Below, one piece after another: positions 39,399-48,340 of a stretch of DNA of 64,000 bases. The notes beneath the pieces were generated by a model. The model saw only the letters and a program-made list of their open reading frames with translations, made no database searches and was not told where the DNA came from. A program made the position numbers and the translations under genes. Numbering within the stretch: position 1 is the first letter of the stretch; each line of letters opens with the position of its first letter. The stretch is taken from NCBI GenBank assembly GCA_021809925.1, contig JAJZJV010000001.1, positions 14,138 to 78,137 of the forward strand, given 5' to 3'. This stretch comes from Candidatus Micrarchaeota archaeon. GTDB taxonomy: Archaea > Micrarchaeota > Micrarchaeia > Micrarchaeales > CABMGC01.

Positions 39399-40250
39399 TT
39401 ATTCTCTCTTACATAATTTCCTGGCTATATTTATATACTCTTCTTTGATGCTCTCATCTTCGACCAGTGGCACCTTGCCCTCGTCGCTCATCCTTGCTAT
39501 CTTATCATTCATCTTGATGCTGCCCAAAAGTTCGCATTCTAGCGACTTCGCTACCTCCACAGAGCCTCTAAGCTCACCAGTTGACATATTCTCCACAACA
39601 CCCAGGATGGAAACACCCATTCTTTTGGACATTCTTCCAGATTTTATTGCGTTTACCGCAGCAACATGTTGTGGTGTAGTCACGAGCAAAAACCCATCAA
39701 GTTCCAGAAGCTGCATTATGGATAGAGGGGCATCAGATGTGCCAGGTGGCAAGTCTATTATAAGATAGTCAAGCTCTCCCCAATTGGTATTCTCAAAAAA
39801 TTCACGTATCATCTTCGCTATTATCGGGCCTCTCCATATTATCGGCCTCCTGAGGTCATCAACAAAGACCGCAGTTGTAATGATCTTAACGCCATCCTTC
39901 TCAACAGGTTTTAGGGGATACTCTGCTGCCTGCAATCCCTCAATGCCTAAAAAGAGCGCAAGATTTGGGCAATCCACATCTGCATCCATAAGCCCAACCT
40001 TATAACCCATCTCCTTCAATGCAAAAGCCAGATTCACAGCAGTTGTCGTTTTTCCTACGCCACCTTTTGCGCTATAAACTCCTATCCGGTGCTTTATGCC
40101 GGATAGCCTCTTCTTAATATTTTCTCTCTGTTTTAATACATTAAGAATTGAAGGATGTTCTACTTTCACTGAGGCATTCCCAACATTGATATTGTCTCCT
40201 ATCTTGGGATTTTCCATGATATCACCTGATCTCGATAAGGAAGCCCACAC
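39399..40250 (-). CDS. Mrp/NBP35-family Fe-S cluster carrier ATPase
   Basis: Deviant Walker A SAKGGVGKTT, plus DADVDCPN and IIDLPPGTSD. The true start may be the Met at 40217. Confidence 0.85.
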   Translation of the reverse strand: MWASLSRSGDIMENPKIGDNINVGNASVKVEHPSILNVLKQRENIKKRLSGIKHRIGVYSAKGGVGKTTTAVNLAFALKEMGYKVGLMDADVDCPNLALFLGIEGLQAAEYPLKPVEKDGVKIITTAVFVDDLRRPIIWRGPIIAKMIREFFENTNWGELDYLIIDLPPGTSDAPLSIMQLLELDGFLLVTTPQHVAAVNAIKSGRMSKRMGVSILGVVENMSTGELRGSVEVAKSLECELLGSIKMNDKIARMSDEGKVPLVEDESIKEEYINIARKLCKRE

Positions 40251-40297
40251 GATTTATCGGTGGGAGGAATTGTCGAGCATTAGTATTATGTATCTTT

Positions 40298-40315
40298 CCA
40301 AACATATATGTTTGG
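40298..40315. repeat. perfect 18-bp palindrome just upstream of tnpB
   Basis: ccaaacata|tatgtttgg, 8 nt before the tnpB ATG. Candidate left-end hairpin or operator. Confidence 0.6.
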
Positions 40316-40323
40316 TTAATAGT

Positions 40324-41571
40324 ATGAAACGTGCTATTCTTTTGCAGATCGATGGGATTACTGCCAAGAAGGGCAAAATCCTCAAGGATTTCTCCTTGAA
40401 AGCGACTTCCGAATTTAATAGGCTTTGGGAAGACAGAGATTTCTGCAATACCTTCATGGATTTCCATAGGAAGACTTTTGTTGAATCCAAAAAGAGGACT
40501 GGATTCAATGTTCAGGTTTATGCCTGTCTGGAACGTGCAGTATGGAGAAGCAAGGGCAAGTCCAGTGCGGTTACCGTCAAATTCAACGTTCCTCGCAACT
40601 GCAAGACTTTTGATATGACAATGCCTTTCATTGAACTTGGAATTTATCCACGAAAGAGGATTGCCGTCCCCATAAAGAAAAACATGAATTTCCAACGATA
40701 CGCTGATCTCCTGAAGTCTGGATGGACATGCAAGACTTATGGGCTTACTTCCAATTTGCAGATTGTCGCTTATCTTTCCAAATACGAGGTTGAATTGCCT
40801 TTGAAGAAGAATATTCTCGGAGTTGATGTGAACAGCAAATGCTTTGCGGTTTCTGTTCTTTCCCCAGAAGGAAAGGTTTTGCATCAGGATTACTTCGGGA
40901 AGGATATTTGGGTTAAGAGAAAGAAGGTCTTTGAGGGGAAGGCTGTTCTGCAAAGTTACGTCGATACTGGAAGTTCTTATGCGAATAAGGCACTTAAGAG
41001 GACTAAACGAAATGAACACAACTTTGTCAAGAACCGAATAGGTGAAGTCGTGAGGAACATTACCGAAATGGCTCTGCGATATGATGCAGAAATTTCCATA
41101 GAGAACCTCAAAAGGTTCAGTCCAAAAGGAAAGATGTTTAATAGGGAGGTAATGAGAATCCCATTCTTTACTTTCAGGAAGAACCTCATGCAGAGGTGTT
41201 TTGACAAGAAGATTACGCTGAACATCGTTGATGCATGGCATACATCCAAGTTCTGTTCCCACTGCGGTGCTGTTGGGAAAGGACATGACAGTAGCAACTA
41301 TGCTCTGTTCAGATGCAAAGAATGTGGGGTTGTCGTGAACTCTGATAGAAAGGCAAGTCTCAATATTGCCATAAAATCCCTGTTGGAGCGGAGAGATACT
41401 ATTAACCATAATACTCTCCAGATTTCCAATAGGAGAGTCCCTGTAAACGGGCTTATTCGTCCAGATGCGGTTGTTGAACCGATTGTTGCCGTGCGACATG
41501 TTTCATCAACTTATGGAAAGCCCACAGGCTTTAGCCATGGGAAGTTTACAAAAGACGCTATATTATCTTAG
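40324..41571 (+). CDS. tnpB: TnpB (IS200/IS605-family OrfB, RuvC-like RNA-guided nuclease)
   Basis: RuvC D (LGVDVNS), E (ISIENL), zinc finger CSHCG...CKECG, and a final D (NSDRKASLNIA). The start is set at the ATG at 40324 (MKRAILLQ); the track extension overlaps the mrp promoter side. Confidence 0.9.
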   Translation: MKRAILLQIDGITAKKGKILKDFSLKATSEFNRLWEDRDFCNTFMDFHRKTFVESKKRTGFNVQVYACLERAVWRSKGKSSAVTVKFNVPRNCKTFDMTMPFIELGIYPRKRIAVPIKKNMNFQRYADLLKSGWTCKTYGLTSNLQIVAYLSKYEVELPLKKNILGVDVNSKCFAVSVLSPEGKVLHQDYFGKDIWVKRKKVFEGKAVLQSYVDTGSSYANKALKRTKRNEHNFVKNRIGEVVRNITEMALRYDAEISIENLKRFSPKGKMFNREVMRIPFFTFRKNLMQRCFDKKITLNIVDAWHTSKFCSHCGAVGKGHDSSNYALFRCKECGVVVNSDRKASLNIAIKSLLERRDTINHNTLQISNRRVPVNGLIRPDAVVEPIVAVRHVSSTYGKPTGFSHGKFTKDAILS

Positions 41572-41729
41572 GATAAACCTATTTATAAGAGCGTCACGCA
41601 AACCATGGTTATTCCTACTATCCAGAGCCATAACTTAATTGCAAAGCGGGCATTGATGAAGCAAGTATTATAAATATAAATGTATAATCAATATCATTTA
41701 CATGTTTCTTATCTTATATAGGTGTAATT

Positions 41730-42428
41730 ATGTATCCAAACGTGCAAGCATATGACAGAGGAGTCATGTTTAATCCTGACGGAAGGCTGTTTCAGGTTGA
41801 GTATGCAAAGGAAGCGGTTAGGAAGTTCGGCGCTACATCTATAGGCATGATCGGTGAGGATTGTGTTGTCTTTGTGGCACACAAAAATATCACAGAACCG
41901 CTAGCTGTACCATCAACAATACAGAAGGTCTTCAGAGTGGACTCTCACATCGGTGCAGCTTACAGCGGAATGGTTGCTGACGGAGTTCATCTTATAGACT
42001 TTGCAAGGCAAGGGGCTCAAAACCACAGGCTTGTCTACGACGACGTTAAATCTGTAGAAGCATTGTCAAAGAATGTTTCTACTTACATGATGCAGGCAAC
42101 CCAATATGGGGGAATGAGGCCCTACGCTATTTCTCTCCTTATAGGCGGAATAGATTCTGAGCCTCGCTTATTCGAGATAGAGCCAGGTGCATCTTTCCTG
42201 GGATACAAGGCTGATGCAATAGGCGCAGGAAAGAAGGTGGCAACAGAGATGCTGATAAAAGAGTACAAGGACAATATGGGCGTGGACGACGCGGTTGCAT
42301 TGGGCGTGAAGATAATTAAAAAGATAAGCGAAGAGAAACTCAATCCACAGAATATGGATATAGGGGTAGTGCAGGACAGCCACGATTTCAAATTGCTCAC
42401 TCAGCAAGAGGTATCCAGCTACTTCTGA
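41730..42428 (+). CDS. psmA: proteasome alpha subunit
   Basis: N-terminal YDRGVMFNPDGRLFQVEYA signature. Confidence 0.95.
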   Translation: MYPNVQAYDRGVMFNPDGRLFQVEYAKEAVRKFGATSIGMIGEDCVVFVAHKNITEPLAVPSTIQKVFRVDSHIGAAYSGMVADGVHLIDFARQGAQNHRLVYDDVKSVEALSKNVSTYMMQATQYGGMRPYAISLLIGGIDSEPRLFEIEPGASFLGYKADAIGAGKKVATEMLIKEYKDNMGVDDAVALGVKIIKKISEEKLNPQNMDIGVVQDSHDFKLLTQQEVSSYF

Positions 42429-42445
42429 ATAGCACAGTGAAGTTC

Positions 42446-43129
42446 ATGTCAAAAGTTGTTGTAGCAAAATACACAGTCAACGGAGAACGCTTCGAGATAT
42501 TTGTAGATTCCGATAGAGCGTACGAGTTCATCACGGGAAAGAGGAAAGACGCATTCTCTGTGCTGGAAAGCGAAGAGATATTTGAGGATGCAAACAAAGG
42601 GAAGCGTCAGAGCCAGGATAAGCTGAAGAAAGCTTTCGATACCACAGACATGATCAAAATAGCAGAGATAATACTGAAGAAGGGAGATGTCCCAATCACA
42701 ACCGAGCAGAGAAACAAGCTTCTTGAGGAAAAGAGAAAACAAGTAATAGACATCATAGCGAGAAATTCGATAGATCCAAGAACCAAAGCTCCCCACACTG
42801 TCCAAAGAATAGATACTGCCCTGCATGAAGCTAAGATAGCGATCGATCCGTTCAAGAATGCAAATGAACAGATCGACCCCATACTTAAAAAGATTAATCT
42901 CGTACTTCCAATAAAATTCTCCACGGTAAGGGCAGAGGTCGACATTCCTCCCGAGTTTGCAAACAGATGCTACAACCTATTAAAACAATATGGCCAAAAA
43001 TCCGAGGAATGGCTTCAGGACGGCTCCTTAAGGGCGAAGCTTGAGTTTCCTGCAGGCCTCAAGGGAGAGTTCCTTGAGCGCATAAACAACCAGACCAAGG
43101 GAAGTGCAGTAGTTAAGTTTATAGAATGA
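42446..43129 (+). CDS. sdo1: SBDS-family ribosome maturation protein
   Basis: FEIFVD, AFDTTDMIKIAEIILKKGDVPITTEQR. It occupies the canonical position after psmA. Confidence 0.85.
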   Translation: MSKVVVAKYTVNGERFEIFVDSDRAYEFITGKRKDAFSVLESEEIFEDANKGKRQSQDKLKKAFDTTDMIKIAEIILKKGDVPITTEQRNKLLEEKRKQVIDIIARNSIDPRTKAPHTVQRIDTALHEAKIAIDPFKNANEQIDPILKKINLVLPIKFSTVRAEVDIPPEFANRCYNLLKQYGQKSEEWLQDGSLRAKLEFPAGLKGEFLERINNQTKGSAVVKFIE

Positions 43130-43145
43130 ATAACGGTGTAATAAA

Positions 43146-43745
43146 ATGCAAAGGATAGTGGTTCCCGGAGAGCGGCTTGAAGAGAAGCCCGTTCATCTGG
43201 AAAATACAATAATACATGAGAACAATACATACTCTACAGTGATGGGGATTTATGACAATGAAAAGAGAAATCTTGTCCCACTGGAAGGTATCTGGTACCC
43301 GCACCACGGCGACGAGGTCATTGGTGTTGTGGAGGAGGAGAAGCTAAATGTCTTCACCGTGAATCTTCACTCAACCTACAAGGGAATAATCCTAGTGAAG
43401 TACTCTGAAGGAGACATCGCTCCTGGAGACGTCATAGAAGCATCTGTAAAAGAGCTTGACAAGACAAAGACTGTCGTTTTAGTAAGGCCCAGAAAGCTCG
43501 GCGGCGGAAAGATCCTTGCAATAAAACCAACAAAGATCCCAAGGATACTCGGCAAAGGGGATTCAATGATAACGCAATTGACTGAGGGAACAAAGACCTT
43601 CATAAAGATAGGCATGAACGGAGTCCTCTGGATGCGAGGCGGTGATCTTGATCTTGCAACAAAGGTAATACTTAGAATAGAAGAGGAGGCCCACACAACC
43701 GGCCTCACTGAAAGAATCAAGATGATGTTAGAAAAGAGTGTGTAA
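43146..43745 (+). CDS. rrp4: exosome RNA-binding subunit Rrp4 (compact, 199 aa)
   Basis: N-terminal VVPGERL, an S1-like core, a KH-like C-terminus, and the canonical position. Confidence 0.8.
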   Translation: MQRIVVPGERLEEKPVHLENTIIHENNTYSTVMGIYDNEKRNLVPLEGIWYPHHGDEVIGVVEEEKLNVFTVNLHSTYKGIILVKYSEGDIAPGDVIEASVKELDKTKTVVLVRPRKLGGGKILAIKPTKIPRILGKGDSMITQLTEGTKTFIKIGMNGVLWMRGGDLDLATKVILRIEEEAHTTGLTERIKMMLEKSV

Positions 43746-43746
43746 A

Positions 43747-44484
43747 ATGGCAGAAAAACCAGAGCTAATTATAAATGGAAAGAGAAACGACGGGAGGTCG
43801 AGCGGAGACCTCAGGCCAATCAAAATAGAATCAAATGTAATAAAGAACGCAAGCGGGTCTGCTTATATCGAATGGGGAAAGAATAAGATTATAGCTGCAG
43901 TTTATGGTCCAAGGGAAGCTCTCCCTAAGCACACTGCAGATCCGGAAAAGGCAGTCATAAAATGCAGGTACTCAATGGCACCATTCTCCTCGTTAGAAGA
44001 GCATGGGAGGTCGGGACCAAACAGAAGGGCAATAGAAATATCAAAAGTAACAAAGGAAGTTTTCGAGAATGTTGTCATGCTTCAGGACTTTCCAGGCAGT
44101 GAGATAAATATCTACATAGAGGTACTTCAAAGCGATGGCGGCACAAGGGCCGCAGGAATAACTGCTGCTGCAGTTGCAATGGCTTCTTCAGGGATACCAA
44201 TGACAGATCTTCCATACGCTGTATCTGCAGGCAAGGTTGGTACTGAAGTGATCCTCGATCTCGATAAGCTTGAAGATAATTATTCGGATGCAGATATGCC
44301 AATGGCCATAGCTCCAATACAGAACAAGATCCTCCTTCTTCAGATGGATGGCACGCTGAGCAGGGAAGAGATCAAGAGAGCAGTATCAATGATACTTAAG
44401 GCAGGAGAAGCCATATCAAAACTGCAGATTGCTGCTCTCAAGAAGCCTTATGAAGAAATATCTGAAAGGTACGCAAAAGAATAA
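43747..44484 (+). CDS. rrp41: exosome RNase PH subunit Rrp41
   Basis: RNDGRSSGDLRP and SDGGTRAA motifs. Confidence 0.9.
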   Translation: MAEKPELIINGKRNDGRSSGDLRPIKIESNVIKNASGSAYIEWGKNKIIAAVYGPREALPKHTADPEKAVIKCRYSMAPFSSLEEHGRSGPNRRAIEISKVTKEVFENVVMLQDFPGSEINIYIEVLQSDGGTRAAGITAAAVAMASSGIPMTDLPYAVSAGKVGTEVILDLDKLEDNYSDADMPMAIAPIQNKILLLQMDGTLSREEIKRAVSMILKAGEAISKLQIAALKKPYEEISERYAKE

Positions 44485-44487
44485 CGG

Positions 44488-45282
44488 ATGATCAATATGC
44501 AAATGGGATCAATACTGGAAGAATATATATTAGATACAATACGAAAAGGCCAAAGGGACGATGGCAGAAGCTTCAACGCTTACAGAGATATCTCAATAAA
44601 GAGCTCACCACTGCAGAACACAGAGGGTTCTGCAGATGTACTCATAGGAAATACGAGAGTCTTGGCAGGGATAAAAATAGCTCTTGATGAGCCAATGTCA
44701 GACAAGCCTGAAGACGGAAACATAATCACATCTGCGGAGCTTCTTCCTATAGCATCAGAAAAATTTGAACCAGGGCCTCCGACACCAGAGGCTATAGAGT
44801 TGGCAAGGGTCATAGACCGCGGGATACGGGCAGCAAACATGATCGATACAAAATCCCTTTTCATAGAGAAAGGAAAGGTGTGGAGCGTATTTATAGATAT
44901 ATATGTACTAAATTATGATGGCAATATGTTTGATGCAGGCACGATCGCAGCGGCTTCAGCCCTCTTCTCAACACGACTCCCTAAGCTTGAAGGCGAAGAC
45001 GTGATAAGGGAGGGCAATCTGGAAAGGCTAAAGCCATCAAACCTTGTGACGTCATGCACTTTCGGAAAGATTGCAGATAAGATACTCCTTGACATGACTG
45101 CGCCAGAGGAGATGTTCTCAAAAGCGAGGCTCACAATAGCGAATGATGAGAATGTCGTCAGGGCAATGCAAAAGGGCCTTGGCGGATCGTTCAGCACAAG
45201 CGAGCTTGATCAGATGATTGATCTTTCTTTTGAAAAGGGAAAAGAAGTTAGGAATATTATCAAAAAAGCAACAGGTGAATGA
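44488..45282 (+). CDS. rrp42: exosome RNase PH-like subunit Rrp42
   Basis: QRDDGRSFNAYRD and GSADV, with the expected RNase PH domain order. Confidence 0.9.
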   Translation: MINMQMGSILEEYILDTIRKGQRDDGRSFNAYRDISIKSSPLQNTEGSADVLIGNTRVLAGIKIALDEPMSDKPEDGNIITSAELLPIASEKFEPGPPTPEAIELARVIDRGIRAANMIDTKSLFIEKGKVWSVFIDIYVLNYDGNMFDAGTIAAASALFSTRLPKLEGEDVIREGNLERLKPSNLVTSCTFGKIADKILLDMTAPEEMFSKARLTIANDENVVRAMQKGLGGSFSTSELDQMIDLSFEKGKEVRNIIKKATGE

Positions 45283-45523
45283 TTTGTCTAGCTTTAGTAT
45301 AAGATCCGGAGTCAGTTTGAGAAAGAGATATCGGGCAGTTCTAGAACAGAAAAGAGCAAAATACAAATGCGATATCTGCGGCAAGGAAGCCGTAAAGAGA
45401 GAAAGCACAGCGATATGGAAATGCAGGTATTGCGGAGCCACATTCGCTGGTGGAGCATACACTCTAAAGACTGCTGCTGGAGAAATGGCAAACAGAGCCA
45501 TAAACAGGGCAAGAGGAGAATGA
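45275..45523 (+). CDS. rpl37ae: ribosomal protein L37Ae (eL43)
   Basis: C4 zinc ribbon CDICG...CRYCG followed by FAGGAY. It needs a GTG (45275) or TTG (45284) start overlapping the rrp42 stop. Confidence 0.8.
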   Translation: MNDLSSFSIRSGVSLRKRYRAVLEQKRAKYKCDICGKEAVKRESTAIWKCRYCGATFAGGAYTLKTAAGEMANRAINRARGE

Positions 45524-45888
45524 CTAAGATATCCTTTACACCTATTCAGGAACTCGTCATACACGAAGTCGTGGAAGTCTCCAACGACGACCTGCTCAGG
45601 GAACGAGTAACTCCTGCTGGCACCATGCCTCTCTATTGGTGCAAGGGTATACTCTTCAGTTTCTCATCACTTCCACTCAATGACGAAGTTGTGAGAGATT
45701 ATATGAAAGGAAAGATCCATTGGATGGAGGTTCATTTCTCAAAAATGGAAAGATACCAGGAAGTGCTAAGGATAGATGATGAGGAATATAAATCAACTAT
45801 GAATGTCCGTGTCATAAACACCGATGGTTCAAAGGTTCATATGGACTTTGTTGAATGGTTAAATATTAATGTTAAAACAAAGAAATAA
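45520..45888 (+). CDS. hypothetical 122-aa protein in the exosome superoperon
   Basis: ATGA start/stop overlap with rpl37ae. No motif I recognise. Confidence 0.45.
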   Translation: MTKISFTPIQELVIHEVVEVSNDDLLRERVTPAGTMPLYWCKGILFSFSSLPLNDEVVRDYMKGKIHWMEVHFSKMERYQEVLRIDDEEYKSTMNVRVINTDGSKVHMDFVEWLNINVKTKK

Positions 45889-45898
45889 GGTAAGGACT

Positions 45899-46030
45899 AT
45901 GGCTTATATATGCATACATTGTGGAAGAGAGATTAAAAACCTCGAGAAATTTGTACGATGTCAATACTGTGGCTATCGCGTTCTCGCAAAAAGGAGGTCC
46001 TCACTCGCAAAGGACGTAACAACAGATTAA
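45899..46030 (+). CDS. rpoP: RNA polymerase subunit P (Rpo12/RPABC4)
   Basis: 43-aa ORF, below the track cutoff: MAYICIHCGREIKNLEKFVRCQYCGYRVLAKRR. It has the C4 ribbon and a basic tail. Confidence 0.75.
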   Translation: MAYICIHCGREIKNLEKFVRCQYCGYRVLAKRRSSLAKDVTTD

Positions 46031-46036
46031 CTTGCA

Positions 46037-46273
46037 TTATTTGTTGCTTACGACTATATTCTCCGAAACACTTTTTACTCTTTTGTACTCTATGCTGTTA
46101 TTTGCAATCTCTCCCCTTATATCATCAACCTTATTTATTTGGTCTATGCTCTTGAGAAGAAGCCTTGAGACAGATCCGTCCTCAAAATTCAGCACAACTC
46201 CTCTCACTTCTCCGAGTATCTTCCCAGAAGTCGATATTATCCCCTTTCCATAAAGCTCAGAAACCAAGGCCAT
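46037..46273 (-). CDS. PRC-barrel domain protein
   Basis: LYGKGIISTSGKILGEVRGVVLNFEDGSVSRLLL pattern. Confidence 0.55.
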   Translation of the reverse strand: MALVSELYGKGIISTSGKILGEVRGVVLNFEDGSVSRLLLKSIDQINKVDDIRGEIANNSIEYKRVKSVSENIVVSNK

Positions 46274-46825
46274 TCAATCACCAATTCTTATTCTCTTTAT
46301 TTTCTTGGACGCGAAGATTCTTATTATGTATTCCTGCAGAAGGGATATGAAGGCATCTTCATTTACACTGAATTCTTCAAGGTCTTTACCATCAAAAAGG
46401 TGCTTGTTTGAGTTGACCAAAACCTTCATATACTCGTCGCTCATTGAATAAAACTCTTCTCCGCAAGACTCGCACTTCCATGCAGGCACTATCGGAACTT
46501 CATTTATCTCTTCTGGCTTCAATCTATCAAGTTTCCTAAACAGCCTCTTACTGCAAGAGGAGCATGATGCATTTACTGCAATCTCTTTGTAATCACCTAC
46601 ATCCTCGATCTCTAGATCTCCAATACCAAGATATCTCCGCAAAACGTCCTCAACACCATGTTCTCTTACTCTGAACTGGTTTGCGACATCTCCGTTCTTT
46701 TTGAACTCTGTTATAAGTGCGCCGTATTTAGTCTGCTCTCCAAGGGAGAAAAACTCCTTGCCTTCTCTTACATACCGGCTGCTCTTCTCTCTGCCGTCAT
46801 TGCTCCTGTATATGTGAACATCCAT
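46274..46825 (-). CDS. zinc-ribbon protein of unknown function
   Basis: CSSC...CESCG. It abuts the PRC-barrel gene with zero gap. Confidence 0.45.
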   Translation of the reverse strand: MDVHIYRSNDGREKSSRYVREGKEFFSLGEQTKYGALITEFKKNGDVANQFRVREHGVEDVLRRYLGIGDLEIEDVGDYKEIAVNASCSSCSKRLFRKLDRLKPEEINEVPIVPAWKCESCGEEFYSMSDEYMKVLVNSNKHLFDGKDLEEFSVNEDAFISLLQEYIIRIFASKKIKRIRIGD

Positions 46826-46829
46826 AAAA

Positions 46830-47069
46830 TTAGTTCTCCTTAGAGTATATATACTCCTGTATGTCTTTTTTTGTTACTGTGGCCCTCTTATTCTTCTTTG
46901 CGTTGTTTACTGCAAAATCAGCCATCTTTTTCGCTTCCTCTTCCAGTATCGCAGCCATCTCCTCAGCCCCGCTCTCTGTTATGTTAGCCTCAAAATATTT
47001 CTTAACCAGTTTCTTTATTGCAGGTTTTGGTATTCTGGCCATTTTATCAGCACTCAAGATCCTCATCAT
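46830..47069 (-). CDS. histone-fold protein
   Basis: IPKPAIKKLVKK...ITESGAEEMAAILEEEAKKMADFAVNNAKKNKRATVTKKDI follows the helix-strand-helix histone-fold pattern. Confidence 0.6.
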   Translation of the reverse strand: MMRILSADKMARIPKPAIKKLVKKYFEANITESGAEEMAAILEEEAKKMADFAVNNAKKNKRATVTKKDIQEYIYSKEN

Positions 47070-47138
47070 AAGGTCAGGAATCTAAGCTCATCATCAAAGA
47101 TATAGGAACTTGACAAATTAAATACTTTCACATCCATC

Positions 47139-48258
47139 TGCTCTGTCCAACAAATAGGCAGAATTAGATATGCCATATCCTAGGCCTTCGTAAGAGAGTT
47201 ACATCATATAAACTTATTCAACAATTGTCTTTATTACAATTTCCTTTTCTACGTTCTTCCTTTTCCTTGAGAATACATATTCTCTGAACTGCCTCTTAAA
47301 AAGCGAGTAGAAGCCTTCAATCGCACACGTGCTGCTATGATGAGTCCTCTTTCTCTACTCGTTCTGCATTTCGCTCTTCTTCTGGCTACTCCTATTACAT
47401 AACCAATTCGGAGTCCTGCCGCAACGCATTTTCCGATATACTCCAAATTGTTCTCTGACTGCATCAGACCCCAGCCCCAAACCTCTCAACGAAGCGTTAG
47501 ACTTGACAGGTATGCCTGCTTTCAGACCATGCCTTTCGCAATATTCAAGGATAACATTTGTATCATACGCACCGTCGGCATCAACCTTGCCCGTTATTTC
47601 AACAACAGGACTTAACAGAGAGGTAAACTCCATGCAGCCACCAACATTATCCTTAGTAACAATAAATGTTAGCGCCTCGTTTGTTTCTTCGTTGATTGTG
47701 GTACGAAAGTTTGCCCACGACTTTGTCTTTATATTTCTCTGTGCGGCACTCACTGTCATTTACGAGTCTGATCTTAGTAGGATCCATTGCAATCGCGATC
47801 TTATTCCCATTGGATGGAAAGCTGAACTTCACACCATCCCTCTTCATCTTATTAACAACGTGAGCGGGAAATCCCACACCATTTATGGGTGGGAGGATGT
47901 CACTTCTACACCAAAAAGCCCCGAACTTTGGGATCTCGATACTCAGAAACTCTGAAAGGTCTTCCATATATACTTCGAGCTGCCCGTATCCCTTGTGATG
48001 CAGGTATTTTATCACGATGTTTGCATATATCAAGAGATTGAGGCATCTATATTGTCGCCCAGCTTATTCTTATTCATTCGGTCTAACTCTTCACCAAGGC
48101 CTCTTTCTTGATCGATAAACAACGCCATTTCCTTTACGCGATCTACCTCGCTGGTCATATGCTCTCCAGTATCTATTATAGCTCTGCATTTGTCGCAAAA
48201 ACAAAATGCATCTAGAGGTTAATAACCTCCAGGAGTATTGGATTTGTTGGACACAGCA
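47139..48258 (-). mobile_element. IS5-family-like insertion sequence with about 17-bp imperfect terminal inverted repeats
   Basis: tgctctgtccaacaaat (47139-47155) against atttgttggacacagca (48242-48258), 16 of 17 complementary. The 1120-bp span encloses the broken transposase. Confidence 0.6.
47249..48033 (-). pseudogene. IS5-family DDE transposase broken into at least three frames
   Basis: Fragments carry KIAIAMDPTKIRL (first D region) and VDADGAYDT (second D), plus a C-terminal piece, each in a different frame. Confidence 0.7.
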
Positions 48259-48340
48259 TACATGTGCCAAGATGTTTATACGTACCCTATTATAAAAGTT
48301 CTTGGTCAATTATATAATATACTTACGCTTTGGTGGTTAA

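Noticed and set aside
40222-41499. A 425-aa ORF antisense to tnpB, the longest unexplained ORF in the track.
   Set aside because: The plus-strand frame carries the full set of TnpB motifs (RuvC D/E/D and the zinc finger). The antisense translation is Ser/Leu/Phe/Asn-rich with no motif. It is a typical shadow ORF of a codon-biased gene.
48060-48230. A short minus-strand frame with CFCDKC and a 42-aa Met-initiated tail, just upstream of the IS5-like transposase.
   Set aside because: It lies inside the proposed IS boundaries and is probably part of the degraded transposase N-terminus rather than an independent gene.
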